Shown here in pieces: positions 53,371 to 64,000 of a stretch of DNA of 64,000 nt. The DNA comes from Epiperipatus broadwayi. Its lineage: Eukaryota; Animalia; Onychophora. The position numbers and the translations under genes were made by a program. Position 1 is the first letter of the stretch; each line of letters begins with the position of its first letter. The notes under the pieces were generated by a model. It had not been told where the DNA came from and did no database searches. It saw nothing but the letters and a program-made list of their open reading frames with translations. Location: positions 17,422,001 through 17,486,000 of the forward strand of contig JAQFVV010000005.1 in NCBI GenBank assembly GCA_028023455.1, read 5' to 3'.

Positions 53371-53841
53371 TACAAATAAAGTTTGCTAAAAAGTGTTTGA
53401 AGTTTGGATAAATTGTATTTAGACTATATATGCCTAAAAATCTTAATCATTTATTTGTATTATTTATTTTTGCCCTCTGTTTTCTCCACTATTTTATTCT
53501 GAATTTCTCTGTTACTTCTCATACTCCTATTTTATAAAATTAAATCTTTTCTCCATTTTTTAAGACATCAATTTGGTATCAAAATTTTTTTGTTCTTGTT
53601 TTAAATGTATAATTTATATATTTAAACTAACAGTCAGCATCCTTTGCTGTTCTCCTTTGTCTTAGTAAATAATTATTGTAAGATCAATTAATCAAAATAG
53701 ATTAAAGTATAAGTACTACTGGATTATTAATATTTTGTACATATTACAAAAAAGATATAGAAAGAGAATTCCATTAATATAAGAAAGATGTCAAGACAAG
53801 ATGGCAATGTAAAATATTCAACTCATTCCAGTTTTGCTTAC

Positions 53842-53970
53842 CAGTTGCTAAAGCTAATTTTTCCACTTCATCTACAGTTTCTATTTCATGCTGGAATGTG
53901 GTGGAGACGCTTCCTTCTGATATGTGACCGGCAATGGCTAACACAGTCTGAAACTCTAAGAGCTCTTCCT
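53842..53970 (-). CDS. RIMBP2: RIM-BP exon (phase 1-1): linker EEELLEFQTVLAIAGHISEGSVSTTFQHEIETVDEVEKLALAT
   Basis: ttttttttccag acceptor, GTAAGC donor, 129 nt, phase matches neighbours; E-x-LLEF follows SH3-1 in arthropod RIM-BP as I recall it. Confidence 0.82.
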
Positions 53971-56924
53971 CTGGAAAAAAAAAAGCATTCACTTGGAAAT
54001 AAATTTTAAATAAGATATATAATTACAACATGAAAATTACTATTGAATTTAAAATAACAACCTCCAAAATAAATAAATAAATAATGGAGATAAAAAACAT
54101 CCAAACCTGAGAAAATGAACTTATCTTTTGGAACATGCAGATGCACAATTTAGTGGGATGACAGAGTGATGGACTTGCAAGTCAAATTCCTGAACTGAAG
54201 ACCAATTTGTCACTTTTGATACTCAAATGTGATTTGACCTCCTGAATAATTAACCATTCAATTGATGGTTTTCAATTAATCAAAATTAATTATGTTCTTG
54301 AGGTTTATATTTTAAAGATTCCATCAAAATCACCTAAAATTCTGTTATTTAGGAACAGTGGAGAGAAAATGTCCAAAAAGAAATGAAATTCAGAATTAAC
54401 AACACTAAAGAGAATATAATTAACAGCTTCTTGATATTCTAAAAGAGAAATGGCTACTCATGTAGGATGTTTCATCCCATCATTATTTGAAATTGATATA
54501 ATGACCCCCCTCCCCCAATATGAAGATGAATGGATGCATAAAGATAAAACTAGAAATTACTATAGAAAGACAAATAAAAGATGAAGTAAAAAAAAATTAA
54601 AGTAAAGATAGAAATGGAGAGAAAAAGAGAGAGAGAGAAAAAAGAGAGTTTACTTTTTAAGATGCAACAAGACACAACTAATAAGATAAAAGTAGTGCAA
54701 TAAGGCAACATGGCTTATCAAAGACAGTCTGCTCTAAGCCAGTAAACTAAAAAAATGTCTTATTTATCATATGTCTCTCATTGTTATTTTATCATTACTA
54801 AAACTTCAAACATACTCCATTTTATATTCCATTTTCATTAAACAAATTTGACCATACAATAACTTCAGCTTAAAAATAATCTTCATCATTATCTAATCCC
54901 AATATAAAATTCCTCCTCAGTCAACATTTTTTATGTTCACTATCCTCTTCAGTTGTATCTTCACTCAATAACATTTTCTTTACATAATTTATAAAATAAA
55001 CCATCATTCCATTTATTAAATATTCTGCTGATGATTATGATGTGATGCACAATGACTTTTCCCCAGATGAAATCAGAATTTCTGTTTATAAATCATTTGA
55101 TCAAAGATTGTGTTTGTCACTCTAAACATTCCCTCTCTCTGAGACAATTATATACCATCAAAAATCTGTTCAACTTGTCCTCCTTACTATCTTCATGCAA
55201 TTTATGGTGAAATCATTTTTCTAACACTGATAGTATACTTTCACTTTCTATCCTATTTTAATAAAAGCTATTTCTTTAGTTCCAATAACCTATTCTCATA
55301 ATCTCTTAATTAGATCTAAAAAAAAATTCCATATCTTTTGCTACATCATCTTTATATTTCTTTTATTCTCCATAGTATTTATGCTCATTCTCTTTCAACA
55401 TCATACACTTCAAAATTAATGTTCAAGAACTTTCCTTACTGTATTTACAAAACAAACATAGATTCCAATCTTTATCTCTTTTTTTATCTCTTTTTCTTGG
55501 TAATCTAAACTTCTGTCCTTTCATCAAAGAACAATTTTCCTCTAGTATTGCCATTCATCATTTCACATGTATTTCTAAACTATTTTTTTTATTCATATTT
55601 ACTTTTCATAACTTTTTCTTTTTTTCTAATCAACTTATTTATCATCTTTTCCACACTCCTTGTACAGATGCACATATATTCTCTATACAACTATTCCATT
55701 TCCAATGTAAAATGTGTAGAAATAAATACTGCCTTATATAGTATATTATAAAATTTTTCTAATCTAGAATTATTGTTAACCAGAGATAAGATAGTGGTGA
55801 CATCATCTTTCCATGCCAGAACCAAACTGTGGAAGCACAAAGTAATCAATAGCAGTAAAATTAGACTGAATAATTAACTTAACTGATAGCCCTGCTTTTA
55901 CATGATCAGACATAATCTAAAGCAGATCTTCAGGATTGTCATCCACTTTTGAGGATTCCATTTGAGTAATATTGGAATGACAAAGCTTTGCATTGTTTAA
56001 TGAGTTTAATTTACTTTCAATAAAGCGATGGCACAAAAAACAGATTATGTAATCTCCATCGTAGAAAGACAAAATGTAAGATCTTTGTCAGCTATGATTT
56101 GGAGAATCTAATTATTGAGATAAAGAACAAGACTTACAATATTATTATACATTAACAAAAAAAGTTTTAAGGCCAATTATTATTTTACACTTTCTTCCAC
56201 CACATTATAAAATACATCTTCCAATAAATACATTGTCATCAGAAATCTAAAATAATTACCATGACAGCTTAAAATTTGATTCTTCTCTTGATGAATCTAA
56301 ATGGGAAAAGTTGAAAGAAGAAAAAAATAGTGAACATCTACTGTAAAGTATGATTGGAATTTTAACAATTGTGAAGAATAGTTTTTGAAACTTTATCATT
56401 TTTATTTTTCATTCCCCAAATTATTTTATTTAGAAATACATATTATAATTATTCAAGATACAACAGTTTGTATACATAAGCAAAAATAAACTTTAATAGC
56501 CCATTGCAAATTAGGTTTCTGCTATTTTGTTTTTAACATGTTTTACTCTATATTTAAGAATAATCAACTATTCATTTTCTAATTGGTAATTGAGAGTGGC
56601 ATAAAGAATTGCCAGTATGTGAAAATGATAGACAGATGACTAATCCTACATAAGACTCTTCATAAATATATATATATCAGGTGTAAGCCAGTTCTTCTGT
56701 AATAAGAGCCACATGTAATACTTTTCATACAATTTTGAATATTTAAAAGCTACAGGCCATCAAATTTTGAAAGACTTTGTACCAAACAAATATAATAATG
56801 AAATCCATATTAATAATCCTTGTAATGGGTACTATTTCAAAAACTAAAAATGTTTAATAACAATATAATTTACAAGTGCAGTTTTTTCATTAATAATTCT
56901 TAATCAGAAGGTAATCAACCTTCG

Positions 56925-57214
56925 ACATGCATTATTTAATCTTGTTACTAACTCACCAATGTTATAATGAGTATGCATGGCACTCTCAAACTCAGACACA
57001 AAATAGAGACTTTTAAAAGATAAGAATGGTTGTCTTAGCTGTATATCTAAATGCAATTATGTAGATTTTAGAGTGGCCTATATAATTGCATTTAGGTATA
57101 AAGATAAGATGGCCATTTTTATCTTATTAAAAGTCTCTATCTTGCGTCTGGGTTTGAGAGTTCTTGCATGCTCACTATAACATGGGTGAGTTAGTAACAT
57201 GTTTAAACATGTCA
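56925..57214. repeat. Fold-back (MITE-like) element, ~125-bp imperfect arms and ~20-nt loop; partial second copy at ~57388-57520
   Basis: tgttactaactcacc...ctaaatgcaattat / ataattgcatttag...ggtgagttagtaaca. Confidence 0.7.
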
Positions 57215-59434
57215 AATACTAAGAAAAACTGCGCTTATACATTATATTATTAAATTGATTCTAATAGCATCTAATATTTACCAACCATAAATATGAAAAT
57301 TTCACTGAGTTTAACTACAAATTAATAATGTAATGGATGTAAAGTTACAAAGATTAGATCTTCATGCTCTCATTCTGAAATGCTTTAGATTTGCCTATAT
57401 AACTGTATTTAGGTATAAAGATAAGACTGCCATTCTTATCTTTTAAGTTTCTATCTTGTGTTTGGATTTGAGTGTCCTGCATATTTACTATAACATTAGT
57501 GAGTTAGTAACATGATTAAACAGTGCATATCAAAGCTTATTATTTTCTGATTAAGAATTTAAAATATTTAAATATTTATTTTTATCTATCTTTAAAGGAT
57601 CTGTGAAACAAAATATTCTAATATTTGTACATACTAAAGATTATTAATATAAAACTTTAAAAAAATAGCAATGCAAATCAATATTGCCGCAGAAGCTGCA
57701 AAGAATAGCTTTGAGAGCTATATGAGATTCATGAGCCGCAGTTTGTCGACCATTGATATATTGTAACAATGAGTATATATGCAGAGTACATAAAGTATGT
57801 ATATATATATATGAGTTACATGATATTATTAGTAAAATATATATATATGCAAGATACATAAGTATGTGTATAAATATGAGTTACAAAGTATTATTAATGA
57901 AACAGGGGAAATAAGAAAATTATATTTCAATATTTTGTTGTTTAAAAAAAAAGAAAGAGAAAAATAAAATAAAAACCGTTGGGATTAAGTTAAAATACTT
58001 ATTATATAACTTATCTTTCTTTTCTTTTGTTTATTAGAACTAAAAGAGGGACTTTCCAAAAAGATATTTCAACAAACGAAATAAATTTTGTTAAAAGATA
58101 AATGTAATTAATTTACATTGTTTGAAATTTAATATATAATTAAAAATAAATTTTGTACAAGATGTAATTAGTTCTGGACATAAATTCCAGACTGATTAAA
58201 TAGGAATAGTACTAAATTTCTGTGTAATTAAAAATATAAAAAAAAGGAGATCAAATGAATTGAGAGCATGGTTGAAGACTCGAACAGTGAGTGGAGTCAG
58301 AAGGTGTAAAAACTGCAAATAACAATTGTGGGGGGCAGAAAAAGGAGCAAAAGGAGAGAAAAGAGAAAACAGTGAATTTTTACAAGGATAGCTGACCCAA
58401 GAGCCTACACAGAGATACCCTTGAGTTAGCTGACCTAGGAGTTGGCCAAAGATCTGTAGACAGCTGAAGCAGTCTCCAGGGAATTGGCAAGCGGTATACT
58501 GAGGAGACTATAAGCTTTTACTTAAACAACTGGATCCAGCAAGATGAATCAATCATTATTCGGTTGTTGTAGTAGAAAAATGCATTGTTAGACCAGAGCT
58601 GAATGTTTATTCATTGTCCATCACCCGTCTCTTGAATACCAATGATCACATGTGGAAAATTATCTCTGAAATTTCCTGTGATGTTTTTACCTGCTATAAA
58701 TCAAATCTACAGAACCAGATTCCACAGTAGTACATCAAGCTAGGAAGAGGTGACCAGCTACTACTAACAGAACTATAAATCTGACAGGATCAGTAGACAA
58801 TGATTACCCAGATGCTGTATTAAAACTTAAGTAAATATGTTTAGATGTCATAAATACAACTTTTAAATTTCATTTCTAGTGTTAGCTTTTAACTATATGT
58901 AAATAAGCGAATGATTGTTAAAATATTGGACATTTAATAAGTGTTCATATTTTTTAAAATGTTTATAATATTTCTTATATATTTTTTTTTAATCTTTTAA
59001 TAAATATTTATAAATTATTGATATGGTTTAAGTTTCTTTCTCTCTTCCTTTACATCTGAGTTTAAATAAATAATCTTATTTAGATAGTCTGTGTTATGCC
59101 GGTCTCATGTTTCAATAGCTAGCCAAGGGTCAAGTGCTTGAAGTGTGTTAATGGTGTCTCCTGGAATCCAGTCAAAGGCTGGATGGCACCCATAATACTT
59201 TAGAAATATCTCCAGATGTGTATCGCTTCTTGCAGTCATGGAGATTGTGCCTCGATCAGGAAAGGTGACTGCAGTTTGTATAATTTTATTCAATCTCGGT
59301 CTGATTGGTGGTATGGTTAATATGTAAATATTGATCATATTTACTCCTCTGCTTGAATAACAGGGTCTTAAAATAAGATATAAAGATTAATATATAATCA
59401 AATATTCCAAATTAATTAAGATTCTAAACCTTTA

Positions 59435-59600
59435 AACATCACATGATCACTATCCCCCATGCTTGCTCATAACTGTTGTTAAATTAGGTAAAACTCTCTC
59501 CATACAGTAGTCCCACTCAAAGCAAGACAGAGTAATCAATGGATACCAGAAGGTTTATGCATAGATAGGGATTTTATGCACAAGCCTTCTGGCATCCTGA
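59435..59600. repeat. Family B copy with the central HHR loop deleted
   Basis: tcacatgatcactatc tail, left arm, then directly gatagggattttatgcacaagccttctggcatcc. Confidence 0.7.
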
Positions 59601-61943
59601 GTTGCACTAGATTCATTATAACAAATGTATTCTATATATTATAACCTTTAGTTTTGGCAGAAGCTAAATGTTAAATCAAATTATGTGCCAAGGTATCTTA
59701 AATATATATATATATAGTTTAATTTTGTAATGAATAAATTATTGCTAATACTTTATAATGATATAAATTTTTGCAAATAAAAGTTACTATATCAATATTT
59801 TATAGAATGTATAGCTGTAAAATAATTTTACACAGCTTAAATTATAATAGTTTTAAGCCTAAATAATTGTTTAAGATGGTAAAGTCTTTAAATAGCTGGT
59901 AATTTAGATGATAAATAAGGTATTTTAAATTAATAATGCTAGTTTAGTCATAATTTGATCATTTAAAATGTTTGTATTAATTTTAAAGTTAATAAATCAG
60001 GTTCAATCCTATATTTTGGTTTGCTGGTATTTAAATTAAAGTGACAATATTTTAATTCATTTTAATTTTAAAACATAATATTCTAGTTAAATGTTTTTGG
60101 ATTCATTTACTTAGAGTTTAATAAAACTGGTAATTAGGAGTAGGATTTTTAAAAGCAGTCAATGGATGAATGAGTGAATGAATAATTTAGGATTGAATTT
60201 TAACATTGTTTATTTTTAGAGTATTATCAAATGTCTAATTTTAAAAGATAGTTTTAAAACCTATTCTGAGACTTGTCTAGATTTAAACAATGGTAAATAA
60301 ATGTACTAAATATTATTTGTAATATGTTTTATTGAAGATATAATATAAATTTGCAATCAGGAAGTGTTTTTAATTAATTTGTAATTGTCTAGACAAAAAC
60401 TGATTTATTTAAAATTTGAATATTAATTGGATAAATTTTTACTTAATAACTTTCCCTGGTTACAATAGATCAGGATTCGAATTAATAGGGGAAGAGTGCA
60501 AAAGTTAAAAGATCAATCACAAGTTTTGTAAAATGGTCACATGACATCCATGCTTGTCGTGAAAGTGAATATTTTGCTGTCTCTCTATGGAGGGATGGTG
60601 ATCTCCTAACCCATCTTACATATCAGGGAATGGCGTATAATCACATTCCAGCTAACAGCCAGTTCTAAGAGTATCACAGATCCAGCCATGACTCTTATCC
60701 AGAAACTAAATGTGTCATTTTACCCACTGCCCGATGTTCCAGGAAATCAGCTGCCAGGGAGCAGGTAACAAACTGACTGTCACAAAGCTCTAAAAATGAA
60801 CTATAAAACCTCAATCTTAAACTCCATAAAAGTAGCTTCCTAATTTAAAATTAAATGTTTGAACTTAATCTTTTTAAAACTAAGATATAATGATGTAAAT
60901 GAAACTCTTGCCTAAAACTAGTGTTGTAATCTTTTATTTAAATACTCTATTCTGATAAACGTAATAATGTCTTTAAACTTATATTCTTTGCAGTTATGCC
61001 TATACCTATTTTTCTTTAAAATTTATGTATTATATGCTGAATATTTTGAAACAATGAGTAACTATGATTTTAGTAAATTCCTGGTAAAGAAATGATAGTT
61101 AATATCTTTGCCTAAATTACATTTTAAAATGTTTGTTTATCATATCAGTAAGCTGTTTCAAAATATTATTATTATGTAGAAATGATGGCTACTCGCTTTG
61201 CACTCGCCGCAGTCATTTCAGTCTATTTTATAATATCTTGTGTTTGTAGTGATATGCAAAGTCATAGTTAATAAATATGACTCCAATATGTTCTCTTTAA
61301 AATAATATGATAATCTTAAGATGATAAGAAAGTATATTTATTATAGTATCATTAAGTGTCCATTAGTTAGCCTGTCTAGGCATTTGTCTGTGGATCTTAT
61401 GTTTCTCCCTGTGCTACGCCAGCAAGCAGGTTAAATTAGGACCCATGTGTAACTGCAAAAATATCATTCATAAGGTTTTGAATCATGGAATACTGGTGGA
61501 TAAGTTAGGGCTTGGTCAGATTTAGGATGTCACCATCTCACTTTGATCAGTTTTGGCATATTTTACCTGTATTCTAGATTTTGTTGCATGAGTACACAAA
61601 TTTGACTGGTACAATATATAACAATAAAATAATAAATAAAACGGTAATTAACTATTATATACAATCTTTCAATCTGTTATATTTATTATTTTTATTGTTA
61701 TTGCAATAGTTTTTAATTAATGGATATTTTATAATATATATATATACCTATGATAAATAAAAATGCTTCAAAATATTACACATCATTAAATTTGATAATT
61801 TTATAATTTCAAAGATATTACTATACATCATAATTTGAATAATTAATGAATGTAACTTTTTTTAAGAAATCACATTACTTCTACAATACTATTATTATTA
61901 TTATTATGAAGATTCGCAAATGACACATGAATATATAAATATA

Positions 61944-62380
61944 TAGTGTCTATATAAGTATATTAGACCATTAATAAAGGTGGTATTCCACCTTCCTTGT
62001 TAAAAGATTGCCTTGACAACAGTTTGAAATTGTTGATTGTATTGATATTGTCTAAGTGTTGACTGGTTTTTAATGATTATTTACAAACCCATTTAGCCTT
62101 GAGAATTATTACTTTGAGTGAAATTTGAAATTTATAATTGCAATTTGTAATGTTATAATTGACTATTTATTAGTCTCAATTCAAAATAGGTTATATTTAC
62201 CTGTTTAAAGAGATTTATTTAAACTTTTTTGTATCAATAATATTAATCTCTGTGGTCAAGTTGCAATCTTTAGTGTCTATATAAATATATTAGACCATTA
62301 ATAAAAGTGGTATTCCATCTTTATTGTTAAAAGGAGGTTGCCTTGACAACAGATTGACATTGTTGATTGTACTGATATGG
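61944..62380. repeat. Spaced direct duplication of ~107 bp (61944-62050 and 62271-62380)
   Basis: tagtgtctatataa.tatattagaccattaataaa.gtggtattcca ... ttgccttgacaacag present twice. Confidence 0.82.
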
Positions 62381-62508
62381 TTTTTAATGAAATTTATATA
62401 CATACATATACATGCATGGAAAAAAATTAAAAGGAAATAACATTGCAATTAAAATTAAGTGAAAACTTTAAATATATATGTCTTCAGATATAATTTATTT
62501 ATATTTAC

Positions 62509-62584
62509 CTGGTAACCTTTCTACAAAATTAGATGGTACCAGCCCTCGCCGTCCATCAAGCATTTCTCCATCATAGAAACCATC
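62509..62584 (-). CDS. RIMBP2: RIM-BP exon (phase 0-1): end of SH3-1, DGFYDGEMLDGRRGLVPSNFVERLP
   Basis: Manual translation gives the SH3 GLVPSNFV signature; ttttattag acceptor and GTAAAT donor; in frame with the previous exon. Too short for the ORF track. Confidence 0.93.
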
Positions 62585-62894
62585 CTAATAAAATAAAATC
62601 AACCATTATTATTTTTATTAATAAACATAGTGATCTTGCATACCTTTTCTGCCTTCAGAATATTATTTTATTGACTTAAGCATTTTAAATCTTAAAGAAA
62701 TACAAATTGAAAAAGAGCAGGATCCACAAAGCATATACAGAACTGAGAATTACCTCAAAATGAGAAGTCATAAAAGCCAACACTAAGAAATTATACACAA
62801 TAGGGATCAGGAAAAATGTAAACAAGTACAGCAAATATTTATTTGGTTATACCCACAATCAGAACAATCAAGTAAAGAGGCACCAAGGCCTTAC

Positions 62895-63101
62895 CTCATC
62901 CATTTCTCCATGCACTAACACATATTCCCCGGCATTGACAGCTAATTCAGATTCGGGATTCTCATTAGGGGAATGTGTTAGGGGATCATAGTTGTATCGA
63001 GCTACAAAAATGGCTACCCTTCCCCGCCCTGGTACATCCAAGTATGTCATAGTAGTAATGTTTTCATCTATAAATTCTTCTGCATCACCACCACTATCAA
63101 T
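62895..63101 (-). CDS. RIMBP2: RIM-BP exon (phase 0-0): N-terminal part of SH3-1, IDSGG...VAIFVARYNYDPLTHSPNENPESELAVNAGEYVLVHGEMDE
   Basis: SH3 motif (RYNYDP...SPNENPESEL) typical of RIM-BP; polypyrimidine+AG acceptor at 63103-63102, GTAAGG donor at 62894; 207 nt. Confidence 0.93.
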
Positions 63102-63729
63102 CTATAAAAAAAATAAACATGCATAATAAAGCCTATAATAAACATGCCTAATAAAACTTATATAGTGTCAATTGATTCAAGATATTTAGGCAAAGAAAAA
63201 GTGCACAATAAAAGAATACTAATAGTTTTTTTTTTGGTAGCATTTAGGACTGAAATTTATTGATTATAAAAGAATATAAATGTGCAGTAAAAGTAAAAAA
63301 CATATTATATGAATTCTGAAATTTGTTCAACAAATCACATTTCTTATTCATAGTGACAATAATTGGTAAATGCATAACTTTCTACTTGTGCAATCAAAAG
63401 TCACTAATTACAGAAATATTTTTACATATAAATGTATGATAAAAGCCTATTTAATTTAAAAAAACATTATACAAGTAATATATAAATATATAATCATAAT
63501 ATCAATCTTTCCAGTTTCCCTTTTATGAGGTCAAATAATATGGCAATGGTGTAAAAAGAAATACTTGGTTATGATGTAGCCTTAGTTCATAATATAAGAT
63601 ATACTTGTAAATTGAAGCAGAATAGCAAAAAGGATGGGATAGATGATGAGAATAGGTAATTCTAAAAAGATGCTATTCATATATTCATTAGGAGTTGATA
63701 TCAATGGTATTTAATAATAATTATTAACA

Positions 63730-63885
63730 GGCAAAACTCTCCATACAGTAGTGCCACCCTGTGCCAACCAGAGTAATCAATGGATGGTAGAAGGCTTGTG
63801 CATAAAATCCCCATATAGTACCTATTCATCCAATATCCCTAGACTAGTTTCTGGCTTGTGGCCTTTGTCAGTGAGGAGCCTTGTA
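63730..63885 (-). repeat. Family B copy, single arm plus HHR relic (core CUGACAA)
   Basis: Aligns to 12543-12695; G8->A without a C3 change. Confidence 0.75.
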
Positions 63886-64000
63886 TCTGAGAGCGCTGCA
63901 CCTAGATCTTAGGATCTAATGCAATCCTCCAGCAGCCATCTTGTTTAGTGATTTAATAATAATAGTAATAGTAACATATACCTTAAATTATTTCAAAGAT

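Larger units (their letters stand above)
53131..53420. mobile_element. Palindromic pair of PLE pLTR 3' ends (family C), each with a hammerhead and AATAAA
   Basis: Arms 53174-53290 / 53305-53421 near-perfect; TSD agactatatatg at 53119-53130 and 53421-53432; ~43-nt extra tail on the left arm. Confidence 0.82.

Noticed and set aside
58250-58860. GC-richer block, possible solo LTR
   Set aside because: Termini and TSD could not be fixed; single copy in the window.
59105-59338. 77-aa ORF with raised GC
   Set aside because: No motif I can name and no phase-compatible splice sites needed by RIM-BP; probably TE debris.
1-64000. Remaining 60-96 aa ORFs in the track
   Set aside because: F/I/L/Y/K-rich translations expected from ~75% AT intron sequence; no splice or homology support.

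Overview
AT-rich, intron-dominated animal genomic DNA, probably arthropod (inferred from the RIM-BP sequence and TE content; not verified by search). One host gene is supported: a RIMS-binding protein (RIM-BP/RIMBP2-like) on the minus strand. Ten exons (63101 down to 9802) splice GT-AG in consistent phase and encode the first SH3 domain, an acidic linker and three FN3 domains. The 5' exons and the C-terminal SH3 pair are outside the window or were not found. The introns hold TE debris: Penelope-like elements (PLEs; GIY-YIG), three solo LTRs of one family with 5-bp TSDs, a Merlin/IS1595-type transposase pseudogene with related MITEs (8-bp TSDs), Gypsy and RTE remnants, and a tRNA-Gly pseudogene. 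The most notable unannotated layer is about a dozen hammerhead-ribozyme (HHR) motifs of several families. They lie in PLE 3' tails and in short non-coding PLE-type or retrozyme-like insertions with 13-15 bp TSDs. One has a compensatory U3-A8 core, and stem III is a palindrome whose sequence changes between families (ACGU, ACUAGU, ACCGGU, AAAGGCUUUU). All calls come from manual reading; no database search, folding software or expression data were used, and TE-remnant boundaries are approximate.
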